From an uncultured bacterium (GTDB taxonomy: Bacteria; Krumholzibacteriota; Krumholzibacteriia; LZORAL124-64-63), in assembly GCA_963772145.1 (NCBI GenBank), contig CAVYVY010000025.1, positions 165,315 to 229,314 on the forward strand: 64,000 bases of DNA. Direction: 5' to 3'. The number at the start of each line of letters is the position of its first letter. Position 1 is the first letter of the stretch. Positions 1-9,112 of the stretch are shown here, piece by piece. A model generated the notes under the pieces. That model had not been told where the DNA came from. It ran no database searches and worked only from the letters and a program-made list of their open reading frames with translations. Position numbers and translations under genes: made by a program.

Positions 1-99
1 CGCGAAATCGGTGCGGTCAAATCGGATTTTTCGGCGACAAGAGCGAAGGCATCAACATACAGATCGCCCGGCCGGTGTCAAGCCTGAGTCGAAACCGCG

Positions 100-147
100 G
101 CCTTCATATATCAAAAGATCAAATAATATCCGGGCGGGCCGGCCCGC
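100..147 (-). terminator. putative intrinsic terminator downstream of the sigma-factor gene
   Basis: On the minus strand GCGGG-CCGG-CCCGC hairpin (palindrome at 134-147) is followed immediately by a U-rich tract (AUAUUAUUUGAUCUUUUGAUAUAU), starting 27 nt after the stop codon at 174-176. Confidence 0.45.
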
Positions 148-173
148 GTCAGTCCAGCACCCGATTCCACTTC

Positions 174-1040
174 CTACGCATAGTAGTCCGCCAGCAGGGC
201 CCGCCCCAGCGAACCCCGCATCTTGGTCAACGCCTTCTCCTTGATCTGCCGGATCCGCTCCCGGGTCAGCCCCATCCGCTGGCCGATCTCCTCCAGCGTC
301 AGAGCCTCCTCCGAGCCCAGGCCGAAATAGAGGACGATGATGTCGGCCTCGCGCGGCGTCAGCGCGGTCAGGCTGCGGCGCACGTCCTCCTGCAGACCCC
401 GCTCGAACAGCGGGACGTCGGGCGCCGGCTGGTTGTCGTCCACCAGCGATTCGGCCAGCGACCGTTCATCGTCCTCGCCGCCACAGTCGTCCAGCGTCAG
501 TTCCTGGCCGGCATGGCCCAGCGCGTGGCGCACCTCCTCCACATGACGACCGATATGCTGCGCGATCTGTTCCGCGTCGACCTGCCCCCCGGACGCTCCC
601 TGCAGGGCGTGTCGCGCCCGGTTGATCTTCATGAGCAGGGCCGCCTGATTCTGCGGCAGACGCACGAGACGCGCCTGGTCGAGCAGCGCCTGCAGGATCG
701 ACTGCCGTACCCACCAGACCGCGTAGGAGATGAACTTGAACCCGCGCTTCTCGTCGAAGCGATGCGCCGCCTTGAGCAGACCCATGTTGCCCTCGTTGAT
801 GAGGTCCGGCAGGGTCAGCCCCTGGCTCACGTAGCGCTTGGCCACCGACACCACGAAACGCAGGTTCGCGTTCACCAGGGACTGCAGCGCCTGCTGGTCC
901 CCTGCCTGGATGCGACGCGCGAGCTCCGCCTCCTGCTCACGCGTCAGCAGGGGGTAGCGGTTGATCTCGCGAAAATAGACCTCCAGGCTCTTCTCGTGCG
1001 TCGGCGGCAGGAGCGAGTTGCGACGTTTCATCCTGATCAC
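174..1040 (-). CDS. rpoD: RNA polymerase primary-type sigma factor, sigma-70 family; short (288 aa) Bacteroidota/FCB-type SigA/RpoD
   Basis: Intact 288-aa ORF with sigma-70 regions 1.2/2/3/4: motifs LRFVVSVAKRY, DLINEGNMGLLKAAHRFDEKRGFKFISYAVWWVRQSI and TLEEIGQRMGLTRERIRQIKEKAL. Length and sequence closely follow the ~287-aa primary sigma factor of Bacteroidota rather than the ~600-aa proteobacterial RpoD. Confidence 0.8.
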   Translation of the reverse strand: MIRMKRRNSLLPPTHEKSLEVYFREINRYPLLTREQEAELARRIQAGDQQALQSLVNANLRFVVSVAKRYVSQGLTLPDLINEGNMGLLKAAHRFDEKRGFKFISYAVWWVRQSILQALLDQARLVRLPQNQAALLMKINRARHALQGASGGQVDAEQIAQHIGRHVEEVRHALGHAGQELTLDDCGGEDDERSLAESLVDDNQPAPDVPLFERGLQEDVRRSLTALTPREADIIVLYFGLGSEEALTLEEIGQRMGLTRERIRQIKEKALTKMRGSLGRALLADYYA

Positions 1041-1110
1041 CGGCCTTCCGCGGGGTTGTTATTCGTCACCGGCTGTTCCATCCATCACCCATCCCATCAC
1101 CAAAGCTCCA

Positions 1111-2589
1111 TCACCCGTCGGCGTCCGGCCGATCGGGCCGGACACGCACCACACGCTCCAGGGTTCCGGTCCGGATCAGCAGCTCGAGCAACTGCTGGCG
1201 GCCGGCAACCTCACCACGCACCCGCCGCAGATCGTCCAGCCCGGCGATCGGCTGGCCGGCCACGGCGGCCACGACATCACCGGGGCGGATCCCCGCCCCG
1301 GCCGCCAGCCCTGCCGGCCGCACCGCCGTCACGATAACCCCGTTCCCCTCCGGCACCCCGAGCGCCTCCTTCAACTGCCTCACCCCGGGGCTCGGATCGG
1401 TCAGCTCCGCGACCTGCATGCCGAGCCAGTCGGCGGCAGGATCGAGGTTCCGCACCGCCTCCCCGCCGGCAGGCAACTCGGTCGGAACGATCGACAGGCG
1501 CTGCCGCTCTCCGGCCCGCACGACCAGGCAGGCCGCCGGACGGCCCACGGGGGCCTCCGCGATCTGGAACTGCAGATCCCGGTCGTCCGCCACGGCGCGG
1601 CCGGCGAACTCCACGATCACATCATCCACGACCAGGCCGGCCGCCTCGGCGGGGGAGCCGGGCAGCACGGCCGTCACGCGGGCGCCGGCCGCGTCGCCGA
1701 CGCCGGGATCCGCGGCGACGACGCGGGCCGCAAGCACGCCGATCCAGCCCCTGATCACCCGACCGTGCGCACGCAGCTGCGCGCAGACCCGCTGCGCCAG
1801 ATTGCTCGGCACCGCGAAGCTGATCCCCTGCCCGCCGGTGTTCACCGCGGTATTGACCCCGATGACCCGGCCGTCGATGTCGACCAGCGGCCCGCCGCTG
1901 TTGCCAAAGTTGATGGAGGCGTCGGTCTGGATGAAGTCCTGATAGCGCGGCGTTCCGCCGGCGATGACCAGGTCGCCACGTCCCTTGGCGCTGATCACGC
2001 CGACCGTGACGCTGCCTTCGAGGTTGCCGAAGGGATTGCCGATGGCGATCGCCCAGTCACCGACCGCGATGGCGTCCGAATCGCCGAACTCCAGGGCGGT
2101 CAGCGGCCGACCGACCGCGATCCGCAGCAGGGCCAGATCGGTGTTCGCGTCGGTGCCGACCACCACGGCCGGATGTTCGACGCGCTCGCCGCTGAAGCGG
2201 ACAGTCACCGAATCGGCGCCCGCCACGACATGGTGATTCGTGAGGATGAGACCATCCGCGGAGACGACAAAACCGGAACCGGTGCCGGAACGATCCAGTT
2301 GTGGACCCCGCGAATCCTCGCCACGGGGAAAGAAGCGGCGGAACATCTCCTGCAGCGGGCCGCTGTCCACGCCACCCTGCCCGAGGGAACGCGCTGCGCG
2401 GATATTGACCACCGACGGCCCGTTCCGACTCGCCACCGCCGCAAAGGGGGAGCGGCCGGTCTCCGGCCCCGGTGCAGCACCGGCGAACGCGCCGACGGCG
2501 ACGAGCGTCCACAGCGCCGCGAGCGCGCCGAATCCCGCGCGCCGCCCCGGCCGCGAACCACCGCGATCATGCTCGCCAGCCACGCCCAT
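1111..2589 (-). CDS. htrA: HtrA/DegP-family periplasmic serine endoprotease with two PDZ domains
   Basis: Intact 492-aa ORF with signal-like N-terminus and trypsin-fold catalytic motifs TNHHVV (His), DLALLRI (Asp) and GNSGGPLV (Ser), followed by two PDZ-like segments. Confidence 0.85.
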   Translation of the reverse strand: MGVAGEHDRGGSRPGRRAGFGALAALWTLVAVGAFAGAAPGPETGRSPFAAVASRNGPSVVNIRAARSLGQGGVDSGPLQEMFRRFFPRGEDSRGPQLDRSGTGSGFVVSADGLILTNHHVVAGADSVTVRFSGERVEHPAVVVGTDANTDLALLRIAVGRPLTALEFGDSDAIAVGDWAIAIGNPFGNLEGSVTVGVISAKGRGDLVIAGGTPRYQDFIQTDASINFGNSGGPLVDIDGRVIGVNTAVNTGGQGISFAVPSNLAQRVCAQLRAHGRVIRGWIGVLAARVVAADPGVGDAAGARVTAVLPGSPAEAAGLVVDDVIVEFAGRAVADDRDLQFQIAEAPVGRPAACLVVRAGERQRLSIVPTELPAGGEAVRNLDPAADWLGMQVAELTDPSPGVRQLKEALGVPEGNGVIVTAVRPAGLAAGAGIRPGDVVAAVAGQPIAGLDDLRRVRGEVAGRQQLLELLIRTGTLERVVRVRPDRPDADG

Positions 2590-2733
2590 GCTTCACCCCC
2601 GCGCCGAAGAATCGGGGACGTTTGCCGGCGCGCGACAAGGCGCACCACAACGTCTCCACGTTCCATGGTTTCGGGCAGGGGATCATTGCAGGTTGGGCGG
2701 TGGCGAGCCACCCAGTGCAGGGAACAGGTGAAC

Positions 2734-2762
2734 AATCTAGCAGGAAGTCACGCGGGTGTCAA
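2734..2762 (-). promoter_or_regulatory. sigma70-type promoter candidate for htrA (TTGACA-N17-TAGATT)
   Basis: Minus strand reads TTGACA (2762-2757), a 17-nt spacer, then TAGATT (2739-2734). The -35 overlaps the stop codon of the upstream gene and sits ~140 nt upstream of the htrA ATG at 2589. Confidence 0.4.
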
Positions 2763-3346
2763 TCGAACCCGGTGCGCGGGTCCCTGGCCGCCCCCCCCGT
2801 TTCCTCGGACTCTTCGTCGAGATTCAGAGGTTCGCTCCAGAGCGCGATTTCATCGTCCCAGGGGCCGGATTCCGCGCCACTGCCGACTCCCCGGCGCGGA
2901 TCCAGGGAGGCCTCGATCTCTGCATCGTCAGGTTCGTCGGTCTGCGGCGCACCCCCGGCGCGGGTGGGGAGATCCGCGTTGGCCGCCGCGCCAGGGCCCG
3001 CCGCAGGCGTCGCGGGGGCTCCGCTCCCGCCGCCGAGGTGCGGACCGGGCCGGGCCACTCCCCGGATGACCGCGATCTCACGCTCCTTCTGCTCGAGCTG
3101 CAGTTCAAGCGTGCGCAGCCGCTCCACGGCGTCGTGAACCGCGACATCGTGGGCGAAATCGGTCCGTCCCTCGCGGACGGACGCGTAGACGTGGCTGCCC
3201 AGATCCGTGAAGGCCCGCTCGATATCGCGCGAAATCGTGAATTTGTCGTACTTGCGCACGCCGATGCGAGCCATCTCCTCCGTCTTGTCGGCGGCGACGG
3301 CGTACCAATCGGACATGTTGGCCCGGACCTGGTCCCACAACGACAT
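2759..3346 (-). CDS. hypothetical protein (195 aa; conserved-looking N-terminal half, acidic low-complexity C-terminal half)
   Basis: ATG at 3346 preceded by GAGGAGG 6 nt upstream. The ORF-track ORF 2759-3580 has an implausible Arg-rich N-terminal extension before this Met. No family recognised. Confidence 0.5.
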   Translation of the reverse strand: MSLWDQVRANMSDWYAVAADKTEEMARIGVRKYDKFTISRDIERAFTDLGSHVYASVREGRTDFAHDVAVHDAVERLRTLELQLEQKEREIAVIRGVARPGPHLGGGSGAPATPAAGPGAAANADLPTRAGGAPQTDEPDDAEIEASLDPRRGVGSGAESGPWDDEIALWSEPLNLDEESEETGGAARDPRTGFD

Positions 3347-3428
3347 GGTGCCTCCTCGCGCGTCACGGCCACCCCGCGTGCAGATCGCGGTTGCCGCGGG
3401 CGCCTCATTCTTATACAAAGATGGCCAC

Positions 3429-4211
3429 ATGAGCAACCGTATCGCATCGACCGTGCTGTTCGTCGCCGACAGCCATTTCCATCTTCGTCCCGACGCCGCC
3501 GAGCGGAACCGCCTCGAGCGGTTCCTGGCGTTTCTCCACTTCTCCCGCCGCGCCACCGATCTGGTCCTGTTGGGTGACATCTTCGATTTCTGGTTCGCTT
3601 ATCCGCACTTCCGGCTGGACGGGTACGAGGAACTGCTCCGCGCCCTCGATGCCGTGCGCGCTGCGGGGACGCGGCTGCATTTCGTCGGCGGCAATCACGA
3701 CATCTGGGCCGCCGAGTACCTGCGGCGGCGCTATGGAACGACCGGCGACGGCGAGGCGGTCACGCTCGGGTTCGGGACGCAGCGGGTGCGACTCGACCAC
3801 GGAGACGGCTTCCTGGCCCGGGGGATGGTCTACCGCTCCTTCCGCGCCCTCGTCCGTCGGCGCGGCGCGGTGCTCTGCGCGAAGGCCCTGCACCCGGAAT
3901 TGCTGTACGCCTTTTCCATCTGGCTGAGCGGCACCAGCCGGATGGCCTCGCGCGACGAGGTCTCGCTGATCGAGCGGCGCGCCCGCGAGCGGCTCGTCGC
4001 AGCCGGAGCTGCGCCGTGGGACCTGCTCGTCATCGGACATGTCCATCATCCCTATGTCACCACGCACGCCGGCCGGACCCTGGCCTGCCTTGCGGGGTGG
4101 CTGCAGACCGAAGGGTACGGTCTCCTGCGCGACGGCCGCTTCGACCTGCTCGACTTCGCGCGGGACCCCCTGCCCGACCTGCCCCCCCGCGACCTCGCGG
4201 GCGACGCCTGA
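3429..4211 (+). CDS. lpxH: LpxH-family metallophosphoesterase (UDP-2,3-diacylglucosamine diphosphatase-like)
   Basis: Motifs VADSHFH, LLGDIFD, GGNHDIW, HGDG and IGHVHHP match the LpxH/calcineurin-like phosphoesterase signature order. ATG at 3429 gives 260 aa. Confidence 0.55.
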   Translation: MSNRIASTVLFVADSHFHLRPDAAERNRLERFLAFLHFSRRATDLVLLGDIFDFWFAYPHFRLDGYEELLRALDAVRAAGTRLHFVGGNHDIWAAEYLRRRYGTTGDGEAVTLGFGTQRVRLDHGDGFLARGMVYRSFRALVRRRGAVLCAKALHPELLYAFSIWLSGTSRMASRDEVSLIERRARERLVAAGAAPWDLLVIGHVHHPYVTTHAGRTLACLAGWLQTEGYGLLRDGRFDLLDFARDPLPDLPPRDLAGDA

Positions 4212-4285
4212 TCCGGGCCGAAACGCAGCGCGCGCGGTTCCGCCCCCCGCGCGCGACCAACCCGTCAACGCACCCGGCGCGTCGG

Positions 4286-5227
4286 CTAGTAGTGCAGTTC
4301 AAGCGAAAACTTGTGCAGATCGTCGAAGCCGGCCACTTTCGACTCTTCGAAGGCGTAGCCCACCTCCAGCGTCCCCTTGCGCAGACCGAGCCCGGCGGTC
4401 AACCCCTGATTGTCGTAATTGACACGCGATCCGACCCGCAGCGCGAGCTCCGGCACGACCCGGTACTCCGCCCCGATGTGCGCCTTCGCATTGCCATCAT
4501 TGGGCATGAAGATGTCTCCGGCCAGCGTCACCTTCCCGCGCAGGAACGGGTGCGACGGATCGTAGGCGGCACCCAGCCTCACCGCGGTGGGCAGGTCGAA
4601 CGGCTCGGCATTCAGATTGAGCTGCCCGCCCAGATTCGTCACGGACGCGCCGAGCACGAGTCCCTCGATCACCGCTTCGTGGCTGACGAACAGGTCCGCG
4701 GCAAAACCGGTGTCGCTGTAGATGTCTATCTTCTCGTACAGCACCTTCACGGTCGCCCCCACCGCCACCCGGTCGGCAACCTGTCGGGCATAGCTCACGC
4801 CGAAGGCGACGTCGTACGGCTTGAACGTCCCCTGCGGGACGCCGACCGTGTCCTCCTCGTAGCGATCGATCTCGTCGGCATAGAAACCGGAAAACTGCAC
4901 CCCGATCACGCCCCCCGCCGCGCGGTGGGCCAGGCAGACGCTCTCCTTGCTGAACAGGCCGTAGAGCCGCTGATGCTGCAGCAGCAGGTCGGTCCCGCCG
5001 CCCACCAGCGCGAGTCGGGCCGGATTCCACCAGACCGCCGCCGCGCCGGTCGGCGTCGCCACCCCCGCACCGCCCATCGCACTTTCGCGCGCCCCCACCG
5101 GCATCCGGAGGAAGAGGAGGCCGGCGTCGCCCGGCTTTCCGGCCCACGCCGCGGAGACTCCGGTGACCAGGGTGGCGGCCAGCGCCCACAGCGCCACCGT
5201 CCCGATTCGCATGTTCACGCGCGCCAT
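4286..5227 (-). CDS. outer-membrane beta-barrel protein, FadL/PorV/PorQ-like (NPA hatch motif)
   Basis: Signal peptide (TVALWALAATLVTGVSAAWA), N-terminal ...ESAMGGAGVATPTGAAAVWWNPARLA (NPA motif typical of FadL-fold barrels including T9SS PorV), alternating beta-strand pattern and C-terminal aromatic residue. Lies immediately downstream of a T9SS-CTD cargo gene. Confidence 0.5.
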   Translation of the reverse strand: MARVNMRIGTVALWALAATLVTGVSAAWAGKPGDAGLLFLRMPVGARESAMGGAGVATPTGAAAVWWNPARLALVGGGTDLLLQHQRLYGLFSKESVCLAHRAAGGVIGVQFSGFYADEIDRYEEDTVGVPQGTFKPYDVAFGVSYARQVADRVAVGATVKVLYEKIDIYSDTGFAADLFVSHEAVIEGLVLGASVTNLGGQLNLNAEPFDLPTAVRLGAAYDPSHPFLRGKVTLAGDIFMPNDGNAKAHIGAEYRVVPELALRVGSRVNYDNQGLTAGLGLRKGTLEVGYAFEESKVAGFDDLHKFSLELHY

Positions 5228-5330
5228 GATCCGCCTTTCTGCACCGCCACGCGACGGACCTCAGCCGTCCCGGGGGCATCATCATACTAACGAATGTCGT
5301 GTCCGCGGCGCCACTCCGGAAGCCGCCGCT

Positions 5331-8300
5331 TCAGCGCGCCACCGCCACCGGGGCGACACTGGTCCCGGTCGGCAGCCCCGCCCTTTCAGCGACCAGCCGG
5401 CAGAGGTAAAGCCCGCTGGCGAGTCCCTCCGCCGACAGCACGATCTCACCCGGTCCGCGGCCAGGAATGGCCACGGCCGTCGAAGCCAACACCAGCTGAC
5501 CCATCAGATCATACAGCGTGGCCCGCGCCACACACGCGGCCCCGAATTCGGCCCGCACGCGCAGGGGGCCCCGTTCCAGCGGCGTCGGATAGCAGATGTG
5601 GCTGCCCGCCACGATCAGCTCCGGCAATGTCGGGGCGACGGACTGCGGGCGCGGCAAGGGCCAGCGCCACGGATTTCCCTGCCACGCCGACCAGCCCGTA
5701 CCACCATCATCTTCCGCCACGATCCCCGTGCGATAGATCGCCAGGCGCGAAACAGGGTCCGTGCGCAGACCGCCCGTCTCCATGTTCCGATCCTCGATGC
5801 GCGCGAACGCGCCCACCGCGCAGATTTCCAGGCTGGAATCGCCGTCCAGATCGATGAAAAGACCGGTCCCGGCCACCGCGGACGGTCCCGCGACCGGCCA
5901 GCCGGCCTGCGTGCGGCCATCATCCCCGTTCAGATAGAGGCGACCGTCGCGGCTCTGGAAAAGCGTCAAATCCCTGCCGTCCGACCGCGCTTCCAGCGGC
6001 GCGGGGGCCATCGCGGCCGGTGCGGCGTCCATCTCCGGCCGGGGACGCATCGGCCAGCCGGTGCGCGGCGCGCCCGCGACCGTCACCCTCGCCAGACTCC
6101 CCTGGCCGACATAGGCGCCGCCGGCCGACAGCGGGCTGCGCACCGGTGAGCCGGTCGGCCAGGCATCCCGCCGCACGAACTCCTCGTTGCCGTTCCACCA
6201 CAGGGTCTCGGCCGCGCCCTCCGCGTCCACGATCACGGCGCCCCGCAGCGGCCCCTCGGCCACGACCGCCAGCAGGGGCAACGCCCCGGGGATCAGGGAC
6301 AGCGGCAAGGTCGCCGCGACAACCGGCGTCGCCGGCGGGGACCACGTGACCAGCCGCAGCGTCGACTCTCCGACCGCCGTGTCCACCACCGCGAGCGCCA
6401 GACGCGCCACGGCAACCGGAGTCGGCGGCGCCGGGACGGAGACGGCCCCCAGCAGCAGCGGCGGCAGGGCGTCCCGTCCGCCGGCGTCGATCCAGCGCAG
6501 GCGCGATTGTGCCGGTTCGCCGTACGTCTCGACCACGCAGGCCACGACGCTGCGGCCCGGGTCATAGACCTCGACACCGCCTGTCGCGGGCATCAGAACC
6601 GGCGGCAGCGCGCAATACTCCAGGGACGCCAGCAGCCCGAAGCTGTCCGGATCGTCGTCACCATCGGCAAGCTCACTGCCGTCCTCGCCATTGAAAGCGT
6701 ACAGACCGTGCGGTCCGCAGAGCACGATCTCCTGCCGGCCGTCCCCGTCGAGATCGCCGGCGGCGGCAGGCCCGTTCCAGCGCACCGGCACACCGTCGGC
6801 GTCGGTCCCGATCGCCAGAATCCCGCTGGTGGCGGGAGTCGCGTCGCCGTCGTACTGCTCGGACAGGTCCGGCTCGAAGGCGAAAACCTCGCCCCGCGCC
6901 CCTCCGACGACGATTTCCAGCCGGCCGTCGGGCGGCGCGTCGAGATCCACCGCCAGCAGGTGCGAACCGGCAAGATCGACGCCGTCCAGCCGCCGCTCCG
7001 CGCCCGGCACAGGGCCGGCGTCCGGTTCGTCCCGCCGGCAGCGGAAAGTCAGATGGTCGGCGTAGCGGATGAACGTCCGTGGCGGGACGTTGGAGATCGC
7101 GCTGGAGTCGGCCACCACGTTGGCGATGCGATCGATCACCACACCGGTCCAGGCGCCGCCGGCAGAGCGGCTGTCGGGGTTGGTCGTCGGGCCGAACGTG
7201 GCGTTGTCCTCGCCCCGGAAGCTGTCGAAGTCGCCGCCAAGCATGTACTCCGAAGGCTGGCGCGAGTCGAGATCCTGGATGCCGTCGGCCTCCTCCAGAT
7301 CGACGGACTTGCGGCGCGGATCGGAGTTGAAGAGGTTGCCCTCCGCCTCGATGGCGTCGGTGATCACCCCCTCGTCGACATGCCAGACATACAGCCCGCT
7401 GCCGGCCCCCTTCACGCCCGGCTGCCGCGCCTGATTCTCGCTCATGAAGAAGTCCCACTCGGCGCCGGTCAACAGCTCACGCGTGTCGGTCGCGGGATCG
7501 AAAAAGCCGGTCGGGGTGCCGTCACCGTTGGCTGAATTCGCGTCCAGAAAATCGGGAATATTGTTGCCGTTGAGATCACCGGCGAAGGAGAAGATGCGGT
7601 TCCCGTCGGGATCCTGCAGGCGGTACTCGAGCAGCCAGTACTCCCGTCCGCCGATCTCGACCCGCGCCGCCAGCGAATCCCCGGCCGCGCTCTCGATCGG
7701 ATCCAGACGCCAAACCTCTCCGGCGCCCGGTTCGACGGCATACGGTTCGATCCAGCCCATGAGGAGCTTGTTGAAGGCGGAAGGCTGACAGGGGATGAAG
7801 CCGGCGCCGACGAACAGTCCGTAGCCCATCAGATCGAATTCGCCCACGCCCTGACTGTCGGGATGCCCCGCCGGCGTGAAGTCGCTCAACGAGAGCATGC
7901 CCAGACGCAGGCCCACCTCGAAACAGTAGACCCCGAGGGAGCCGAAGAAGCCGCCGAAACCGGCGAACGGATCCTGGAATTCCGTTTCCGGCAAGCACCA
8001 GCACCTGGTTCACGATGACCGGTTCCCCCCCGCTGTCGACATCGTCGGTGGGCAGGTACGGCTGGGCCAGCATCGTATCGTCCGCGGCGCGGGCAAAGTC
8101 CTCGGGGCTCAGATAGGTGCTGTAGATCTGTTCCGGCGAATCGTTCAGCAGATCGGTCTCTTCGCCCGCGCCGGCGTGCACGATCACCACGGTGTCGTAG
8201 CGCGAGAAGTCCACCCGGTTGTCGAGCGCCGCGACCACGTCCCGCGCCAGCAGCACCGACTGCTCGCCCGCCACGGGGTGATTGCCGTACCAGCCCATCG

Positions 8301-8805
8301 GGCGGGCCAGGTTCGCCACGGCCCCCACGACAGCGCAGCGCACCGTGAGACGCCCGCCGCTGACGGCGTCGAAGTACGCGGCCACGTCGGCAAACTGATG
8401 CGCGAAGAAAAGCGAGTCGTGCGCCGCGTAGTAGAAATCGCTCTGCCGGGGCAGCGGAAACTCGCCCGGGACCGAGCCATATCGGCCGTACAGCAGACTG
8501 TCAGCGAAGTCGCAAAGCAACACAACGACGGACAGCGTGTCCGCGGGACTCTCCCCCGCGAGACGCTGGCGTAGCAGGGTACGCGAACCGTCCGCGAGCA
8601 GCGACGCCGACCGCTCCGCCAGAGCCTCCCGCACCGCCGACGGCAGCGGCCGGGGCGCGCGGGACGACGGCCCGGGCGCGGCCGGCACGGCGACGGCCGC
8701 GGCGAGCAACACCAGCATCACACCGGCCTGGAGCGCACACTGACACCGGCATCGGACAGGATGTGGCGCGGAAACACCGATCCGGGAACTGGACACCTTC
8801 GGCAT
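5331..8805 (-). CDS. large secreted protein with M6/InhA-like N-terminal domain, FG-GAP/VCBS repeats and T9SS C-terminal sorting domain; one apparent frameshift near 7985
   Basis: Two overlapping ORFs (7576-8853 and 5331-7994) in different frames. The upstream part has a signal peptide and M6-type motifs (VVLLCDFAD, VVIVHAGAGEE). The downstream part has FG-GAP-like DLDGDGRQEIV and DLDGDSSLEI repeats and a terminal T9SS CTD (ATLYDLMGQLV...GLASGLYLCRLV). ATG at 8805 has a GAGGAAG RBS. Confidence 0.6.
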
Positions 8806-8863
8806 GCCGATCTTCCTCACGAGTCGCGCGGGGATTCGTCGCGGGCGGGCCACCGACGTGGCG

Positions 8864-8893
8864 ATTATAAGGACGAACGGCCGACCCCGTCAA
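8864..8893 (-). promoter_or_regulatory. near-consensus sigma70 promoter (TTGACG-N18-TATAAT) upstream of the M6-like gene
   Basis: Minus strand reads TTGACG (8893-8888), an 18-nt spacer, then TATAAT (8869-8864), in a locally AT-rich patch ~55 nt upstream of the ATG at 8805. Confidence 0.45.
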
Positions 8894-8907
8894 CGCAGGG
8901 TCGGCCG
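8878..8907. repeat. perfect 10-bp inverted repeat (CGGCCGACCC / GGGTCGGCCG) with 10-nt loop
   Basis: Read directly from the sequence. The loop (cgtcaacgca) contains the -35 hexamer of the promoter above. On the minus strand the hairpin is followed by UUCGUCCUUAUAAU, ~205 nt after the stop of the upstream gene. Confidence 0.6.
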
Positions 8908-9112
8908 ACGATAGAGCCCGGAAGGGCCGGGGATCCGATATTGTCGCCCCTGATCGACAACAGCTTCACCCCGGTCCCCTCCGGCATCGATGACCACCGC
9001 CGGTCGGCTGTCGCGGCTCCCGTTCCCCTTGGCTGCCAACCTCTTCAGGGATCGGATCCGCGCCCCCCCGACCGGCGGCTGGGGGGAACAAATGACGAGC
9101 AACCTGCCCGGA

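Noticed and set aside
75-3069. Long plus-strand ORFs (75-1337, 1018-3069) antisense to the rpoD-like and htrA genes
   Set aside because: Arg/Ala/Gly/Pro-rich translations typical of spurious open frames in ~70% GC DNA. They have no RBS and are fully covered by well-supported genes on the opposite strand.
7576-7994. The M6-like gene as two separate genes
   Set aside because: The two ORFs overlap by ~420 nt in different frames. The upstream one degenerates into Arg-rich sequence exactly where the downstream one begins, and the domain order is continuous, so a single gene with one indel is far more likely.
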